Notes: generated by a model from the sequence alone, not told the origin. A stretch of DNA of 64,000 bases from Candidatus Latescibacterota bacterium (GCA_965205485.1 OZ242180.1:1120001-1184000), one strand, 5' to 3'; shown: positions 39,023 through 49,532, counted from the first letter of the stretch. Program-made: numbers and translations.

Positions 39023-40199
39023 TCCCGCGTGTGTCGAATATCGCGGTTCGCCCGATGGGCTGAAGCGGCAACGGCTTTTTACACCCGGTCCGACACCCAT
39101 TCCCGAAAGGGTCCAGGCCGCGATGGCCGGAACCCCGGTCTATCACCGCGGCCCGGCATTCCCCGCGCTGCTTCGAAATGCGGTCCAGGGGCTACAGGAG
39201 GTCTATCCCACGTCCTGTGACGTGTTCCTCCTCTCCTGCTCGGGCACGGGCGCGATGGAGGCCGCGGTTGCCAATACCCTCTGTGCCGGAGACCGGGCCC
39301 TGGTCGTGCAGGCGGGGCAGTTCGGCGCGCGGTGGACGGACCTCTGCCGGGCTTACGGGGTTGAGGTGGTCGAACGTGAGTTTCCCTGGGGCGAGGCGGT
39401 GGACCCGCAGGTCGTGGCCGAGGCGCTGCGGGACGACCCCGGTTTGCGGGCCGTGTTCGCCACACACAGCGAGACCTCGACAGGCGTCTTGCACGACATC
39501 GCCGCAATCGGCGAGACCGTAAGGGAAACAGATGCGCTGTTCGTCGTGGACGGCGTCTCCAGCGTGGCGGCTCACCCGCTGCCTCTGGAGGCGTGGAACG
39601 TGGACCTGGCGGTCACGGCGTCCCAGAAGGGGCTGATGCTTCCTCCGGGTATGGGTATCGCGGCGGTGGGGCCGCGGGCATGGAAGGCGCACGGGAGGTC
39701 CCGGCTTCCGAAATACTATTGGGATCTGGAGGGTTACAGGAGGTCGATGGCGGAGGGCCGGGCGCCGGCCACGCTGCCGGTTACGCTGCTGGCGGGTCTT
39801 CGGGCCGCGCTGCAGATGCTCCGCGAGGAGGGTATCCCGCGGGTCTGGGAACGGCATGCCCGGCATGCGCGAGCGGTGCGGCGGTCCGTGGCGGCGCTGG
39901 GACTGACCTGTTTCGCGCGGCGGCCTTCAAACGCGCTGACGGCGATTTTGCTGCCCGAGAGCGTTGACGGCCTCGCGTTAATGGAAACCATGCGGCGCGA
40001 GTGCGGCGTGGTCGTCGGCGGCGGGCTGGGCGATTACAGGGGCCGGATGGTGCGGATTTCCAACCTTGGGCACGTGGACGATGCCGGAATTCTGGAGGCA
40101 GTTTCGGCGCTTGAAATCGGTCTTTGGCGGACCGGATGGGAATTCGAAGCAGGCGTGGGCGTGAGGACTGCGCAGCACGTGCTGACGGCTGACTGCTGA
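39006..40199 (+). CDS. Class V PLP aminotransferase (serine-pyruvate/alanine-glyoxylate type; probable SerC substitute)
   Basis: FTPGPTP, SGTGAMEA, HSETSTGV, ASQKG (PLP Lys); adjacent to serA; ATG 39006 after GGAGG. Confidence 0.85.
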   Translation: MSLKNSPACVEYRGSPDGLKRQRLFTPGPTPIPERVQAAMAGTPVYHRGPAFPALLRNAVQGLQEVYPTSCDVFLLSCSGTGAMEAAVANTLCAGDRALVVQAGQFGARWTDLCRAYGVEVVEREFPWGEAVDPQVVAEALRDDPGLRAVFATHSETSTGVLHDIAAIGETVRETDALFVVDGVSSVAAHPLPLEAWNVDLAVTASQKGLMLPPGMGIAAVGPRAWKAHGRSRLPKYYWDLEGYRRSMAEGRAPATLPVTLLAGLRAALQMLREEGIPRVWERHARHARAVRRSVAALGLTCFARRPSNALTAILLPESVDGLALMETMRRECGVVVGGGLGDYRGRMVRISNLGHVDDAGILEAVSALEIGLWRTGWEFEAGVGVRTAQHVLTADC

Positions 40200-40342
40200 C
40201 AGTTTGTTTACCCTGCGCATTGACCCGGGCAACCACAAGGGTTGCCGTTGAAGAAGTACTGATGAGCGTGGACGTTGCCTGTCTGGCCTTTTGCTGTACG
40301 CTGACGGCTGAACGCTGACAGCTGACAGCTTGTTTGATAACT

Positions 40343-41929
40343 ATGAAGCGGGTTTTAATCGCAGATACGTTGTCCCGCGGCTGGCTAAGTGTGTTCGCGG
40401 AGGCGCCGGATGTCCGGGTGGACGTCCGGACGGGCCTCTCGCCGGAGGCGCTGGCGCGTGAAATCGGCGCCTACGACGGGATGATCATTCGAAGCGAAAC
40501 GCACGTGACCCGGGAGATACTGGCAGCGGCGCACCGGCTCCGCGTGATCGGACGCGCCGGAGTCGGTGTGGACAATATTGACGTTGGGGCCGCCACGGAG
40601 CGGGGCGTGGTGGTGGTGCATTCGCCCGGCGGGAACACCATTGCCACGGCCGAACATACCGTTGGGATGCTGCTTGCGCTCAGCCGTAACATTCCGCAGG
40701 CCACCGCTTCTCTGAAACGCGGGGCGTGGGAACGAAAGTCCTATACGGGCGTGGAGTTGAACGGAAAGGCGCTGGGTATTATCGGCGTGGGTCGGGTGGG
40801 ACAGCACGTCGCCCGCATGGCACGGGCTCTGGGGATGACGGCACTGGGTCACGATCCGTTCCTTTCCGAAGAGATGGCCGCCAGATACCAGGTGAAGCTG
40901 ACGTCCCTGGAAGAAATCTACGCGACGTCGGATTATATCACGCTTCACACGCCGCTGATGGAGGCCACGCGCCACCTGATTTCGGCGGCGTCACTGGAGA
41001 AATGCAAAACCGGGGTGCGCATTCTCAACTGTGCGCGGGGCGGGCTGGTTGACGAGAAGGCGCTTCTGAATGCAATCGAGGACGGAAGGGTGGCGGGAGC
41101 CGCGCTAGACGTGTACGAGGAGGAACCCCCGCCGAAGGACCACCCGCTTCTCCGGCGTCGCGAGGTGATCTGCACGCCGCATCTGGCCGCTTCAACCACG
41201 GAGGCGCAGGACCGTGTGGCGCGCCAGATCGCACAGGACGTCTGGGAGGTCCTGAAGGACAGGCCGGCACACCGGGCGGTCAATATGCCTTCGGTGGATC
41301 CGTCGCTTTACGAGGACGTCCGTCCGTACCTCCTGTTGGCCGAGAAGGTGGGCGCGTTGCAGGCCCGGTTGAGCCGGGGCAGCCTGCGGCGAATCGCCAT
41401 CGAGTACCACGGAGACATCCTGAAATTCGCAACCTCGCCGATGACGGCGGCGGTTTTGAAGGGGGCGATTACGAATCTGACGGATGAACTCGTGACGTAC
41501 GTGAACGCCCCTCTTTTCGCGCAGAAACGCGGGGTCAAGATCGACGAGACGCGGAGCAGCGCCCACAAGGACTATACGAATCTGATGACGGTGGATTACG
41601 AAACGACGGCGGGAAGGACCTCGATATCGGCCACCGTTTTCGGCAGCAGCGACGCGCGGGTCGTGCGCATCGACCGTTTCGAAGTGAAGGCCAGACTGGA
41701 AGGCGACGTGCTGATCTGCTGCAACCGCGACGTTCCGGGCGTGGTCGGCTGGATCGGGACGCTCCTGGCCGAAGAGGAACTCAATATTGCCGATATGGCG
41801 CTGGGGCGGGACAGCCGGGGCGGGCAGGCCATCATGATGATCAGCCTGGATTCGCCCGCGCCGGAGGACGTGTTGAAGCGCATCGCCGAAGCGCCGGAAT
41901 TCCTGTGGGTGAGGCAGGCGAAATTCTAA
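40343..41929 (+). CDS. serA: D-3-phosphoglycerate dehydrogenase (with ASB and ACT domains)
   Basis: RAGVGVDNID, GIIGVGRVG, NCARGG, TPHLAASTTEAQ, C-terminal DVPGVVG ACT motif. Confidence 0.95.
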   Translation: MKRVLIADTLSRGWLSVFAEAPDVRVDVRTGLSPEALAREIGAYDGMIIRSETHVTREILAAAHRLRVIGRAGVGVDNIDVGAATERGVVVVHSPGGNTIATAEHTVGMLLALSRNIPQATASLKRGAWERKSYTGVELNGKALGIIGVGRVGQHVARMARALGMTALGHDPFLSEEMAARYQVKLTSLEEIYATSDYITLHTPLMEATRHLISAASLEKCKTGVRILNCARGGLVDEKALLNAIEDGRVAGAALDVYEEEPPPKDHPLLRRREVICTPHLAASTTEAQDRVARQIAQDVWEVLKDRPAHRAVNMPSVDPSLYEDVRPYLLLAEKVGALQARLSRGSLRRIAIEYHGDILKFATSPMTAAVLKGAITNLTDELVTYVNAPLFAQKRGVKIDETRSSAHKDYTNLMTVDYETTAGRTSISATVFGSSDARVVRIDRFEVKARLEGDVLICCNRDVPGVVGWIGTLLAEEELNIADMALGRDSRGGQAIMMISLDSPAPEDVLKRIAEAPEFLWVRQAKF

Positions 41930-42050
41930 AAGCGGTGAGACGGAAGAGGTGAGACGGGAGAAGAAACTCTTGCCCGTTACGTTATTCCTTCTTGCCTCCG
42001 GCACGAGAAGATATCTTACAGGGCAGGCAATCTCTACCCTTGGTTCTGCA

Positions 42051-42074
42051 GGGCGACCGGCCGGTCGCCCCTAC
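42051..42074 (-). repeat. GTAG-type REP-like palindrome
   Basis: GGGCGACCGGCCGGTCGCCCCTAC. Confidence 0.8.
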
Positions 42075-42179
42075 GAAAACGGGCACCCGTGAATTGACAT
42101 CGCGTGTCCGTATCGTTAACCTGGTTTGGCTGACGGCTGATAGCTGACAGCTGATAGCAGTTTTTTTGGGAGATAAACC

Positions 42180-43460
42180 ATGTCCGTGCGCATTGTGCTC
42201 GGGGCTCAGTGGGGAGATGAAGGCAAAGCCAAGGTGGTGGACTATATGACGGCGGACTCGGACGTCGTGGTGCGTTTCCAGGGTGGAGCCAACGCCGGGC
42301 ACACCATCAAGGCGGGCGATCTGGAGTTCGTATTTCATCTCATTCCCGCGGGGATCGTGCATCCGGACAAGACGTGCGTGATCGGCAACGGCGTGGTGAT
42401 GGATCCGGAGGCGTTGTTTCTCGAGGTGGAAGAGCTGGAGTCAAAAGGCATTTCCATCGAGAATCGGCTGTTCGTCAGTCCGAATACCCACCTGGTCATG
42501 CCGTATCACAAACGTGTCGAACAGGCCAGTGAGGAAAGGGATGGGGCGGAAGCGATCGGGACCACGCTGCGGGGCATCGGACCGTGCTACCAGGACAAGG
42601 TCAACCGCTCCTCCGGCATTCGCGTGGGAGACCTGTACGACACCGACGCGCTGCCTGCCAAAGTGCGGGAGAACGTCCGACAGAAAAACGAGATCCTCGA
42701 AAACGTGTACGGCCAGGCAGGACTGGATCCAACGCCGATCATCGAGGCCTATACCGCATTCGGCGAACGCCTAGCGCCGTTCGTCACCGATACCTCCGTG
42801 TACCTGAACGATATGATCGACGCGGGCAGGGACGTCCTGTTCGAGGGCTCGCAGGGCACATTGCTGGATATCGACCACGGTACGTATCCTTTTGTGACCT
42901 CATCGAACACGACGGCCGGCGGCGCATGTACGGGCGCCGGTATCGGACCCACCCGGGTTTCCGAGGTCATCGGCGTGGTCAAGGCGTATACCACGCGCGT
43001 GGGCAACGGGCCGTTTCCCACCGAACTGACGGGCGCCATGGGCGACCGGATCCGGGAAATCGGACACGAGTACGGGGCGACCACGGGCCGGCCGAGGCGG
43101 TGCGGCTGGCTGGATGCCGTGATCCTCAGGTTTGCCGCGAGGGTGAACGGTCTGTCCGGTATCGCGGTGACACGTCTGGACATACTGGATCCCCTGGACG
43201 AGATCCGGATCTGCACGCACTATACCCGCCGCGGGAAGCGATTGGAACACTTCCCGAGCGACGTGAAGGTGCTGGCGGAATGTGAGCCCGTGTACGAAAC
43301 GATGGCGGGCTGGCGGTCCTCCACCAGCGATGCGAGGCGGTGGGAGGAACTCCCGGACAACGCCAGGCGGTACCTGGACAGAATTCAGGAGTTGAGCCGT
43401 ACGCCCATCGCCATGGTGTCCGTGGGACCGGACCGCAAGGAGACGATCGTGGTGGATTGA
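42180..43460 (+). CDS. purA: Adenylosuccinate synthetase
   Basis: QWGDEGKAK, GGANAGHT, GTYPFVTSS, GATTGRPRRCGW. Confidence 0.98.
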   Translation: MSVRIVLGAQWGDEGKAKVVDYMTADSDVVVRFQGGANAGHTIKAGDLEFVFHLIPAGIVHPDKTCVIGNGVVMDPEALFLEVEELESKGISIENRLFVSPNTHLVMPYHKRVEQASEERDGAEAIGTTLRGIGPCYQDKVNRSSGIRVGDLYDTDALPAKVRENVRQKNEILENVYGQAGLDPTPIIEAYTAFGERLAPFVTDTSVYLNDMIDAGRDVLFEGSQGTLLDIDHGTYPFVTSSNTTAGGACTGAGIGPTRVSEVIGVVKAYTTRVGNGPFPTELTGAMGDRIREIGHEYGATTGRPRRCGWLDAVILRFAARVNGLSGIAVTRLDILDPLDEIRICTHYTRRGKRLEHFPSDVKVLAECEPVYETMAGWRSSTSDARRWEELPDNARRYLDRIQELSRTPIAMVSVGPDRKETIVVD

Positions 43461-43566
43461 CCGGGGGTCGATGACGCGCGTATTAAAGTCAGGGATACAG
43501 GTTGACCGCCATGGCAAGTTTGTTATATTTCCACCAAATGAAGCCGATTTCGAAAAGGGATACCGG

Positions 43567-44148
43567 ATGAACGCCGTGTTCGTCGATAAGGAATCGTTGA
43601 TCGCCAGGGCGAAATCGTCCGGCGATCTGGCTGGAGAGGATCTCACGGGGATTGACTTCGACGGAGAGGACCTCTCCGGCGTGGATTTCTCAAACGCGCG
43701 GCTGGACAACGCCAGGTTCAAAAGTGCAACGCTCCTGGAAACCCGATTTCACAACGCGAGCATGAAGGACGCCGACCTCAGCGGCGCGAAAATGAACCGG
43801 GTTTATCTGGTCGCCGCGGACCTGCTGGGCGCGAACCTGTCGGACGCGGTGATGGACGATGCGTTCCTGTCGGGCGCGATACTCGGCGGTGCGAATTTCA
43901 CGGGCGCCAGTCTGAAGCGCGCGCGCCTGGGCGTGGTACACGCGTCGTTTCCGAATCCTTCGGGTCGGCCGACGAGTTTCAGGAACGCCAACCTCGAAGC
44001 GGCGGTTGTGGGCGCGACGGACTTCAGGGGAACGGATCTGCGCGGCGCCAACCTGAATGGCGCATTCCTGTACGAGGCGCAACTGCGTGGGGCGATTGTC
44101 GATAAGAAACAGTTTGAGAAAGCGGTAACACGGGTGGAATCGTATTAA
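43567..44148 (+). CDS. Pentapeptide repeat protein
   Basis: Tandem A(D/N)LxG pentapeptides; probable ATG 43567 after AAAGGGA (ORF is open from 43471). Confidence 0.85.
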   Translation: MNAVFVDKESLIARAKSSGDLAGEDLTGIDFDGEDLSGVDFSNARLDNARFKSATLLETRFHNASMKDADLSGAKMNRVYLVAADLLGANLSDAVMDDAFLSGAILGGANFTGASLKRARLGVVHASFPNPSGRPTSFRNANLEAAVVGATDFRGTDLRGANLNGAFLYEAQLRGAIVDKKQFEKAVTRVESY

Positions 44149-44158
44149 AAAAAGACGC

Positions 44159-45205
44159 GTGAGTGAGGAAGTGGCTATTCCCATGGTGGACGCGGCGACC
44201 GACAGATTGGGCAGACCGCTCAGGGATCTTCGGATTTCCGTTACGGACCGTTGTAATTTCCGGTGTCCGTACTGTATGCCGGCCGAGGTCTTCGGGGAGA
44301 ACTATGCGTTCCTGCCCAGGGCCGAGATACTGACGTTCGAGGAAATCGAACGGCTCACGCGTCTCTTCGTGGGTCTGGGGGTGCGCAAAGTCCGCGTCAC
44401 CGGAGGGGAGCCGCTGCTCAGGCGGGAACTTCCGGCGCTGATCAGGCGGCTCGGGGCGATCGACGGCGTGGAAGACCTCACGCTCACCACCAACGGATAC
44501 CTGCTGCCGCGAACGGTCGGGGAACTTAAGGGCGCAGGGCTGTACAGGATAACCGTCAGTCTGGATTCCCTGGACGAGGACGTATTCGAACGGTTGAACG
44601 GACGAGGGTATCACGTCTCTCAGGTGCTGGCGGGAATCCGGGCGGCGGAAGCTGCGGGATTTACCCCGCTCAAGATCAACGCGGTGGTTCAGCGCGGGGT
44701 GAACGACCATACCGTCGTCGATCTCGCCCGGCACTTTAGCGGAACGGGGCATATCGTCCGCTTTATCGAGTATATGGACGTGGGCAACCGCAACGGCTGG
44801 CGCCTGGATCAGGTGGTGCCCGCCGCGGAGATCGTGCGGCGAATCCATGAGGTCATGCCGGTGACCGCCGTGGCGCCGAACTACCCGGGCGAGGTCGCGC
44901 GGCGGTATCGATATCTGGACGGGAGCGGGGAGATCGGCGTCATCGCCTCTGTTACCCAACCGTTCTGCGGCGACTGTACGCGGGCGAGGCTATCCACGGA
45001 CGGCAAGGTATATACGTGCCTGTTTTCGGGTACTGGCGTGGACCTCAGGGGTCCCCTCCGCGACGGGGCCACGGACGACGCCCTTCTGGCGACGATCTCC
45101 GAGATCTGGGAGGGGCGTGAGGACCGATATTCTGAAATGAGGACGGCCGAAACCGCGGAAATGCCGTCATTTTCCAAGGTGGAAATGTACCAGATCGGGG
45201 GTTGA
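44159..45205 (+). CDS. moaA: GTP 3',8-cyclase
   Basis: [23 protein letters not shown]...C, C-terminal IGG. Confidence 0.96.
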   Translation: MSEEVAIPMVDAATDRLGRPLRDLRISVTDRCNFRCPYCMPAEVFGENYAFLPRAEILTFEEIERLTRLFVGLGVRKVRVTGGEPLLRRELPALIRRLGAIDGVEDLTLTTNGYLLPRTVGELKGAGLYRITVSLDSLDEDVFERLNGRGYHVSQVLAGIRAAEAAGFTPLKINAVVQRGVNDHTVVDLARHFSGTGHIVRFIEYMDVGNRNGWRLDQVVPAAEIVRRIHEVMPVTAVAPNYPGEVARRYRYLDGSGEIGVIASVTQPFCGDCTRARLSTDGKVYTCLFSGTGVDLRGPLRDGATDDALLATISEIWEGREDRYSEMRTAETAEMPSFSKVEMYQIGG

Positions 45206-45346
45206 TCACCGTCTGAAAGCACGATTCACGTGCCGGGTCTGCAAATCGCGACCGGGAGAGCGGTGATTTATTCCGGCAGAGAGACACGAATGTCTCTCTT
45301 TTTTGTTGACATCGGCGCCTCGCAACCTTTCTTTTACGCATAACAT

Positions 45347-45373
45347 TTATGAGTATCTTGATCATAATACTCA
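45347..45373. promoter_or_regulatory. Candidate regulator operator upstream of the sulfite/nitrite reductase
   Basis: AT-rich patch with overlapping inverted repeats TTATGA-N9-TCATAA and TGAGTAT-N10-ATACTCA. Confidence 0.4.
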
Positions 45374-45594
45374 ACAATTAGATTCACGTCAAATACCGGG
45401 CGGAAACCACTTGAACCTTGAGGAGAAAGACAAGCACTGTCACGCTGCGGGTCGACGACCTGATCAGATCCACTGAACCTGATCGTGACGGCCCTGGTTT
45501 CCGGATAATTTCGTTGACTTCACACAGTGAGTTCAATAGATTACCCGCCTGATCGACGCGTTCGCCCTGCAATCGGGATACAGGAGGCGTTGCC

Positions 45595-47850
45595 ATGTCT
45601 GACTCTGCAACCTGGAAGGCAGTTCTCTCGGACCGCATACCCGACGAACTGGGCCGGGAAGTCGATATCTTCGCCACCCAGATCGAGCTGCGGAAACAGG
45701 ACAAGATTGACGATACCGTATTTGCCGAAACCCGCCTGCGCAGGGGGGTTTACGGGCAGCGCTACGACAACGGCAAAAGGTTCGACGGCAGCAATACGCA
45801 GGTTCTGGATTTCCCGAGCGGAGACCTGGTGAAGGGACCTGATACGGTGTGGGACGCACCGGGGATGCAGCGGATCAAGATTCCGTTCGGGGGCCTGACC
45901 GCGGACCAACTGGATATGCTGGCTGACGTGGCGGAGGAGGTTTCGGACGCGATCCTGCACATTACCACCCGCCAGGACGTTCAACTGCATTACGTGCATA
46001 TCGACGATACGCCGGACCTGATGTACCGCCTGGCGTCTGTAGGAATCACAACCCGAGAAGCCTGCGGCAATACGGTGCGGAACGTGACGGCCTGCCCCCT
46101 TTCCGGGGTGTGCAGGACGGAGACATTCGACGTAACGCCCTACGCAAGGGCGTGTTCCAGGTTCCTCCTGGGTCACCAGGACGCGCAGGACTTCGGCCGG
46201 AAGTTCAAAATCGCTTTCTCCGGATGCGAACACGAGGCCTGCGGGCTTGCCAGTATGCACGACATCGGCGCGATCGCGGTTACGAGGACCGTGGACGGCA
46301 GGGAGAAACGCGGGTTCAGGTTCTACGTTGGCGGCGGGCTGGGCGCCGTGCCTCACCAGGCGAAGTTGTTCCAGGAATTTCTGCCGGAAGAGGAGCTCCT
46401 GCCCGTGTCCCAGGCGATCTCCCGCGTGTTTGCCCGCCTCGGCGAGAAGCGTAACCGGGCGCGCGCGCGGCTGAAGTTCCTGATCGCCAAATTGGGCCTG
46501 GAGGAGTTCAAGCGCCTGGTGGACGAGGAGCGAAAGGTGATGCCCGACGACCCCGAGTGGACGGCGTACCTTTCGGACCTCCACGCTTATGACGAAAAGC
46601 CGCTGAAGATCGCACAGCCGCTGAACGGCGCCGCGGCCGGCGACGGCTTCGAGGAATGGGCGCGTACCAACGTATACCGGCAGCGCCAGGACGGCTACGC
46701 GGTGGTTACGGTCACGCTGCCGCTCGGCGACCTCACGTCCATTCAGACCCGGGCCCTCGCCGATATTTCAAGACGATTCGTCAACGATACCATCCGCGCC
46801 ACCGTGGAGCAGAACATCGTGCTGCGCTGGGTGAGCGAGGCGGACCTCCCCGAACTCTACAACGCGCTGGCGGAAATCGGATTGAATGAACCCGGCGCGG
46901 GGACGATCGTGGACGTGACGGCATGCCCCGGAACGGATACCTGCAAGCTGGGCATCGCGTCGTCCCGCGGGCTGGCCGCCGAAATGCGCACGCGCCTGGC
47001 CGAAAAGGGCCTGGATATGGACGCCGCGGTTGAAGGCCTGCGCATCAAGATCAGCGGCTGCTTCAATTCCTGCGGGCAGCATCACGTCGCGGACCTGGGA
47101 TTCTACGGAATCAGCCGCAAGGTTGGCGGTTACACGGTGCCGCATTTTCAGGTGGTACTCGGCGGCCAGTGGACGGGAAACGCCGCATCCTTCGGACTGG
47201 CGATGGGAGCGGTCCCGTCCAAGCGGATCCCCGACGTCGTCGCGCGAATCAGCGAAAGCTACATTGAGGGACGAACGGGTGACGAAAGCTTTCAGGAGTA
47301 TATCCGGCGGATCGGCAAGGTGCAGGTGAAACGGATGCTGGACGACCTGACCGAGGTGCCGCCCTATGAGATCGACTCCTCCTATTATATGGACTGGGGA
47401 GACAGCCGGGTGTTCACCACCGGGGACATGGGGAAGGGCGAGTGCGCGGGCGAAGTGGTGCCGCTGGTACAGTTCGAACTGTCCGGTTGCGAGCGGGAGG
47501 CCTTCGAGGCCCAGGTGCTGCTGGAAAGCGGTCAATACGAACCGGCCTATAAACAGGCGTACAGCGCAATGGTACACGCCGCCAAGGCCCTGGTAAAGAC
47601 ACAGTTCCTGGACGTCCCGGAAGACCCGGATACAATCGTGTCGGAATTCCGCACCAGAATCGTCGACTCCGGCCTGCTGCACGACAATCCGGTAACCCGC
47701 GGCAAGTTCGCCAACTATCTCTTCCACGCCCAGAGGCGTAACGTCGAGTCCTACAACGAAGACCTGGCGCACCGGTTCATCGAGGAGACGCAGCTCTTCA
47801 TCGAAGCCGCGTACGCCTGCTACGGGCGGATGAACGTCGTAAGCTCCTGA
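45595..47850 (+). CDS. Ferredoxin-dependent sulfite/nitrite reductase (siroheme) with C-terminal HEPN-like helical domain
   Basis: HITTRQDVQLH, ACGNTVRN, RKFKIAFSGC, ACPGTDTC, SGCFNSCG. Confidence 0.9.
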   Translation: MSDSATWKAVLSDRIPDELGREVDIFATQIELRKQDKIDDTVFAETRLRRGVYGQRYDNGKRFDGSNTQVLDFPSGDLVKGPDTVWDAPGMQRIKIPFGGLTADQLDMLADVAEEVSDAILHITTRQDVQLHYVHIDDTPDLMYRLASVGITTREACGNTVRNVTACPLSGVCRTETFDVTPYARACSRFLLGHQDAQDFGRKFKIAFSGCEHEACGLASMHDIGAIAVTRTVDGREKRGFRFYVGGGLGAVPHQAKLFQEFLPEEELLPVSQAISRVFARLGEKRNRARARLKFLIAKLGLEEFKRLVDEERKVMPDDPEWTAYLSDLHAYDEKPLKIAQPLNGAAAGDGFEEWARTNVYRQRQDGYAVVTVTLPLGDLTSIQTRALADISRRFVNDTIRATVEQNIVLRWVSEADLPELYNALAEIGLNEPGAGTIVDVTACPGTDTCKLGIASSRGLAAEMRTRLAEKGLDMDAAVEGLRIKISGCFNSCGQHHVADLGFYGISRKVGGYTVPHFQVVLGGQWTGNAASFGLAMGAVPSKRIPDVVARISESYIEGRTGDESFQEYIRRIGKVQVKRMLDDLTEVPPYEIDSSYYMDWGDSRVFTTGDMGKGECAGEVVPLVQFELSGCEREAFEAQVLLESGQYEPAYKQAYSAMVHAAKALVKTQFLDVPEDPDTIVSEFRTRIVDSGLLHDNPVTRGKFANYLFHAQRRNVESYNEDLAHRFIEETQLFIEAAYACYGRMNVVSS

Positions 47851-47854
47851 ACTT

Positions 47855-48436
47855 ATGAACGCGTATCGAATTCAGATCAAATTCTACCTCGAGAGCGGGG
47901 AGGACGTGGCGCCGGAAACCTGGTTCAGGGTCTTCAACACCTGGATTCCCGAGACCACGGACGAGGTGCTCGTCGACGTGGCGGACTACAGCCACGTGCA
48001 CCGCGGGCCGGTGACCCTGCTGGTCGGGCACGAGGCGAACTACAGTATCGATCGGACGGACGGGAAGGCCGGCCTCCTGTACGACCGCAAACAGCCGTCC
48101 GGGGGCGGCTTCGGGGACCGGTTGGAGTCCGCATTGGTCTCCGCGCTGAAGGCCTGCGGCAAGCTGGAACGGGATTCCTTATTGGCCGGCGCCGCCAGAT
48201 TCAGGACGAATGAGGTTCTCATCGGCCTGAACGACAGGTTGCTGGCCCCGAATTCAGAAGAAACGCATGCCGCGATCCGGGTGGAGCTGGACAGGGTGCT
48301 CGACAGGCTGTTCAATGGCGCCGACATGGCCATCGAGCGCGATCCGGACCCCAAACAACGATTCACGCTGAAAGTCGATTCAGGCAGCGAGGAAAGCGTC
48401 GCTGATCTATTGCGGCGTCTCAATGGGAATTGTTAG
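47855..48436 (+). CDS. Hypothetical protein co-located with the reductase
   Basis: Clean ORF starting 4 bp after the reductase; VDVADYSHVHRGP motif; function not recognised. Confidence 0.7.
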   Translation: MNAYRIQIKFYLESGEDVAPETWFRVFNTWIPETTDEVLVDVADYSHVHRGPVTLLVGHEANYSIDRTDGKAGLLYDRKQPSGGGFGDRLESALVSALKACGKLERDSLLAGAARFRTNEVLIGLNDRLLAPNSEETHAAIRVELDRVLDRLFNGADMAIERDPDPKQRFTLKVDSGSEESVADLLRRLNGNC

Positions 48437-48622
48437 AAGCCGTTTTGAAATTACCGGTGAGTTCCCGAGCGCGAGCGAAAAAGTGGCGGTCAAGGCGGGC
48501 AAATCCGGCTATGAGAGGCGAGCAAGCGCAGGCTCGATCTCGTAGGACGGGTGGGTTTGACCAACGCCGACCGCCGCTTTTGCAGCCGCGCGAAGACCGC
48601 TGGGAATTTTAAGACGGCTTCT
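48435..48622. mobile_element. MITE-like fold-back element
   Basis: Terminal inverted repeat AGAAGCCGTTTTGAAATT / AATTTTAAGACGGCTTCT (16/18); inner AAAAGTGGCGGTC/GACCGCCGCTTTT stem; CAAGGCG...CAACGCCG core. Confidence 0.7.
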
Positions 48623-48636
48623 TGTCTTTTTGACGC

Positions 48637-48664
48637 TTGACAAACCGAAAGAAAGTTCTATATT
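48637..48664 (+). promoter_or_regulatory. Sigma70-type promoter upstream of ferredoxin
   Basis: TTGACA-16 bp-TATATT. Confidence 0.6.
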
Positions 48665-48816
48665 TCGAATGAGATTTACGTGGATGTCGTGGTAGCGAGG
48701 TGGACTTCGTGAGCCGTTCCAATATCCGTCTCGGTTCGCCGGATTCGGTCTCACGAACCTGCATTCCATGATTCAGGATAGATCTTCAAGACGACTCAAG
48801 GAAAGGGGTGAAGAGA

Positions 48817-49080
48817 ATGACGTACATTATCGCCGAGCCATGCATCGACGTGATGGACAGGGCATGCGTGGAGGTCTGCCCGGTCGACTGCATCTACGAG
48901 CCCGATGCAACCAATCTGCCAGAGGACGAGCAACGCCAGATGCTCTACATCCACCCGGATGAGTGCATCGATTGCGGGGCCTGCGAACCCGAGTGCCCGG
49001 TTGAGGCGATTTTTGAAGAAGACGATACACCTGACGAATGGAAGGAATATATCGAAATTAACGCGAAGGCTTTCGAATAG
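48817..49080 (+). CDS. fdxA: 7Fe (3Fe-4S/4Fe-4S) ferredoxin, FdxA type
   Basis: MTYIIAEPC...CVEVCPVDC and [12 protein letters not shown]. Confidence 0.9.
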   Translation: MTYIIAEPCIDVMDRACVEVCPVDCIYEPDATNLPEDEQRQMLYIHPDECIDCGACEPECPVEAIFEEDDTPDEWKEYIEINAKAFE

Positions 49081-49118
49081 GGCGTTTCAACCTCTTCGTT
49101 CGTTCATTCGACGTGGAG

Positions 49119-49150
49119 AAAATGCCAGGATCGGCCGATCCTGGCATTTT
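49119..49150. repeat. Perfect 32-bp palindrome downstream of ferredoxin
   Basis: AAAATGCCAGGATCGG|CCGATCCTGGCATTTT. Confidence 0.9.
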
Positions 49151-49264
49151 GAATTTGGAACAACCGAAGCGTGCAGACCTCTCTTACCGGCTTAACGCCT
49201 CCGGCGGTGAAAGGAAAATAAATTTGGTACACCGAATTCAGAATCCAAATCTCCCCAAATTCCC

Positions 49265-49444
49265 TGCCTACGGCGTGTTCCTTTTGAAGCGACCAAAAGG
49301 AACCAAAAGTCGCCGTTGGGCGCGGGGCCTGCCTTATGCATGGCGCGAATACCCTCATGGGACGCACGCGATACGCTGGCCTGCCAACCCGGAAGGATAC
49401 CGCAAATCCGTGCGGGACGGAACAACGCGCCCTGCTCTGGGAGT
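49265..49444. repeat. Structured repeat module A, copy 2
   Basis: Same orientation as 28185-28364. Confidence 0.95.
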
Positions 49445-49532
49445 GTCTGGAAAGGGTTCGAGCAGCTGTCAGCCAAATGCGGTTCCTGTAAAGGATACGC
49501 GTCGGGAATCACAGATATCTCCACCGCAATGT

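Noticed and set aside
43567..44148. Qnr-type quinolone resistance gene
   Set aside because: Generic pentapeptide repeat in a housekeeping context; no specific evidence
45380..45594. SAM or other riboswitch ahead of the reductase
   Set aside because: Only one CTGTCACG/CGTGACGG stem; no recognisable consensus
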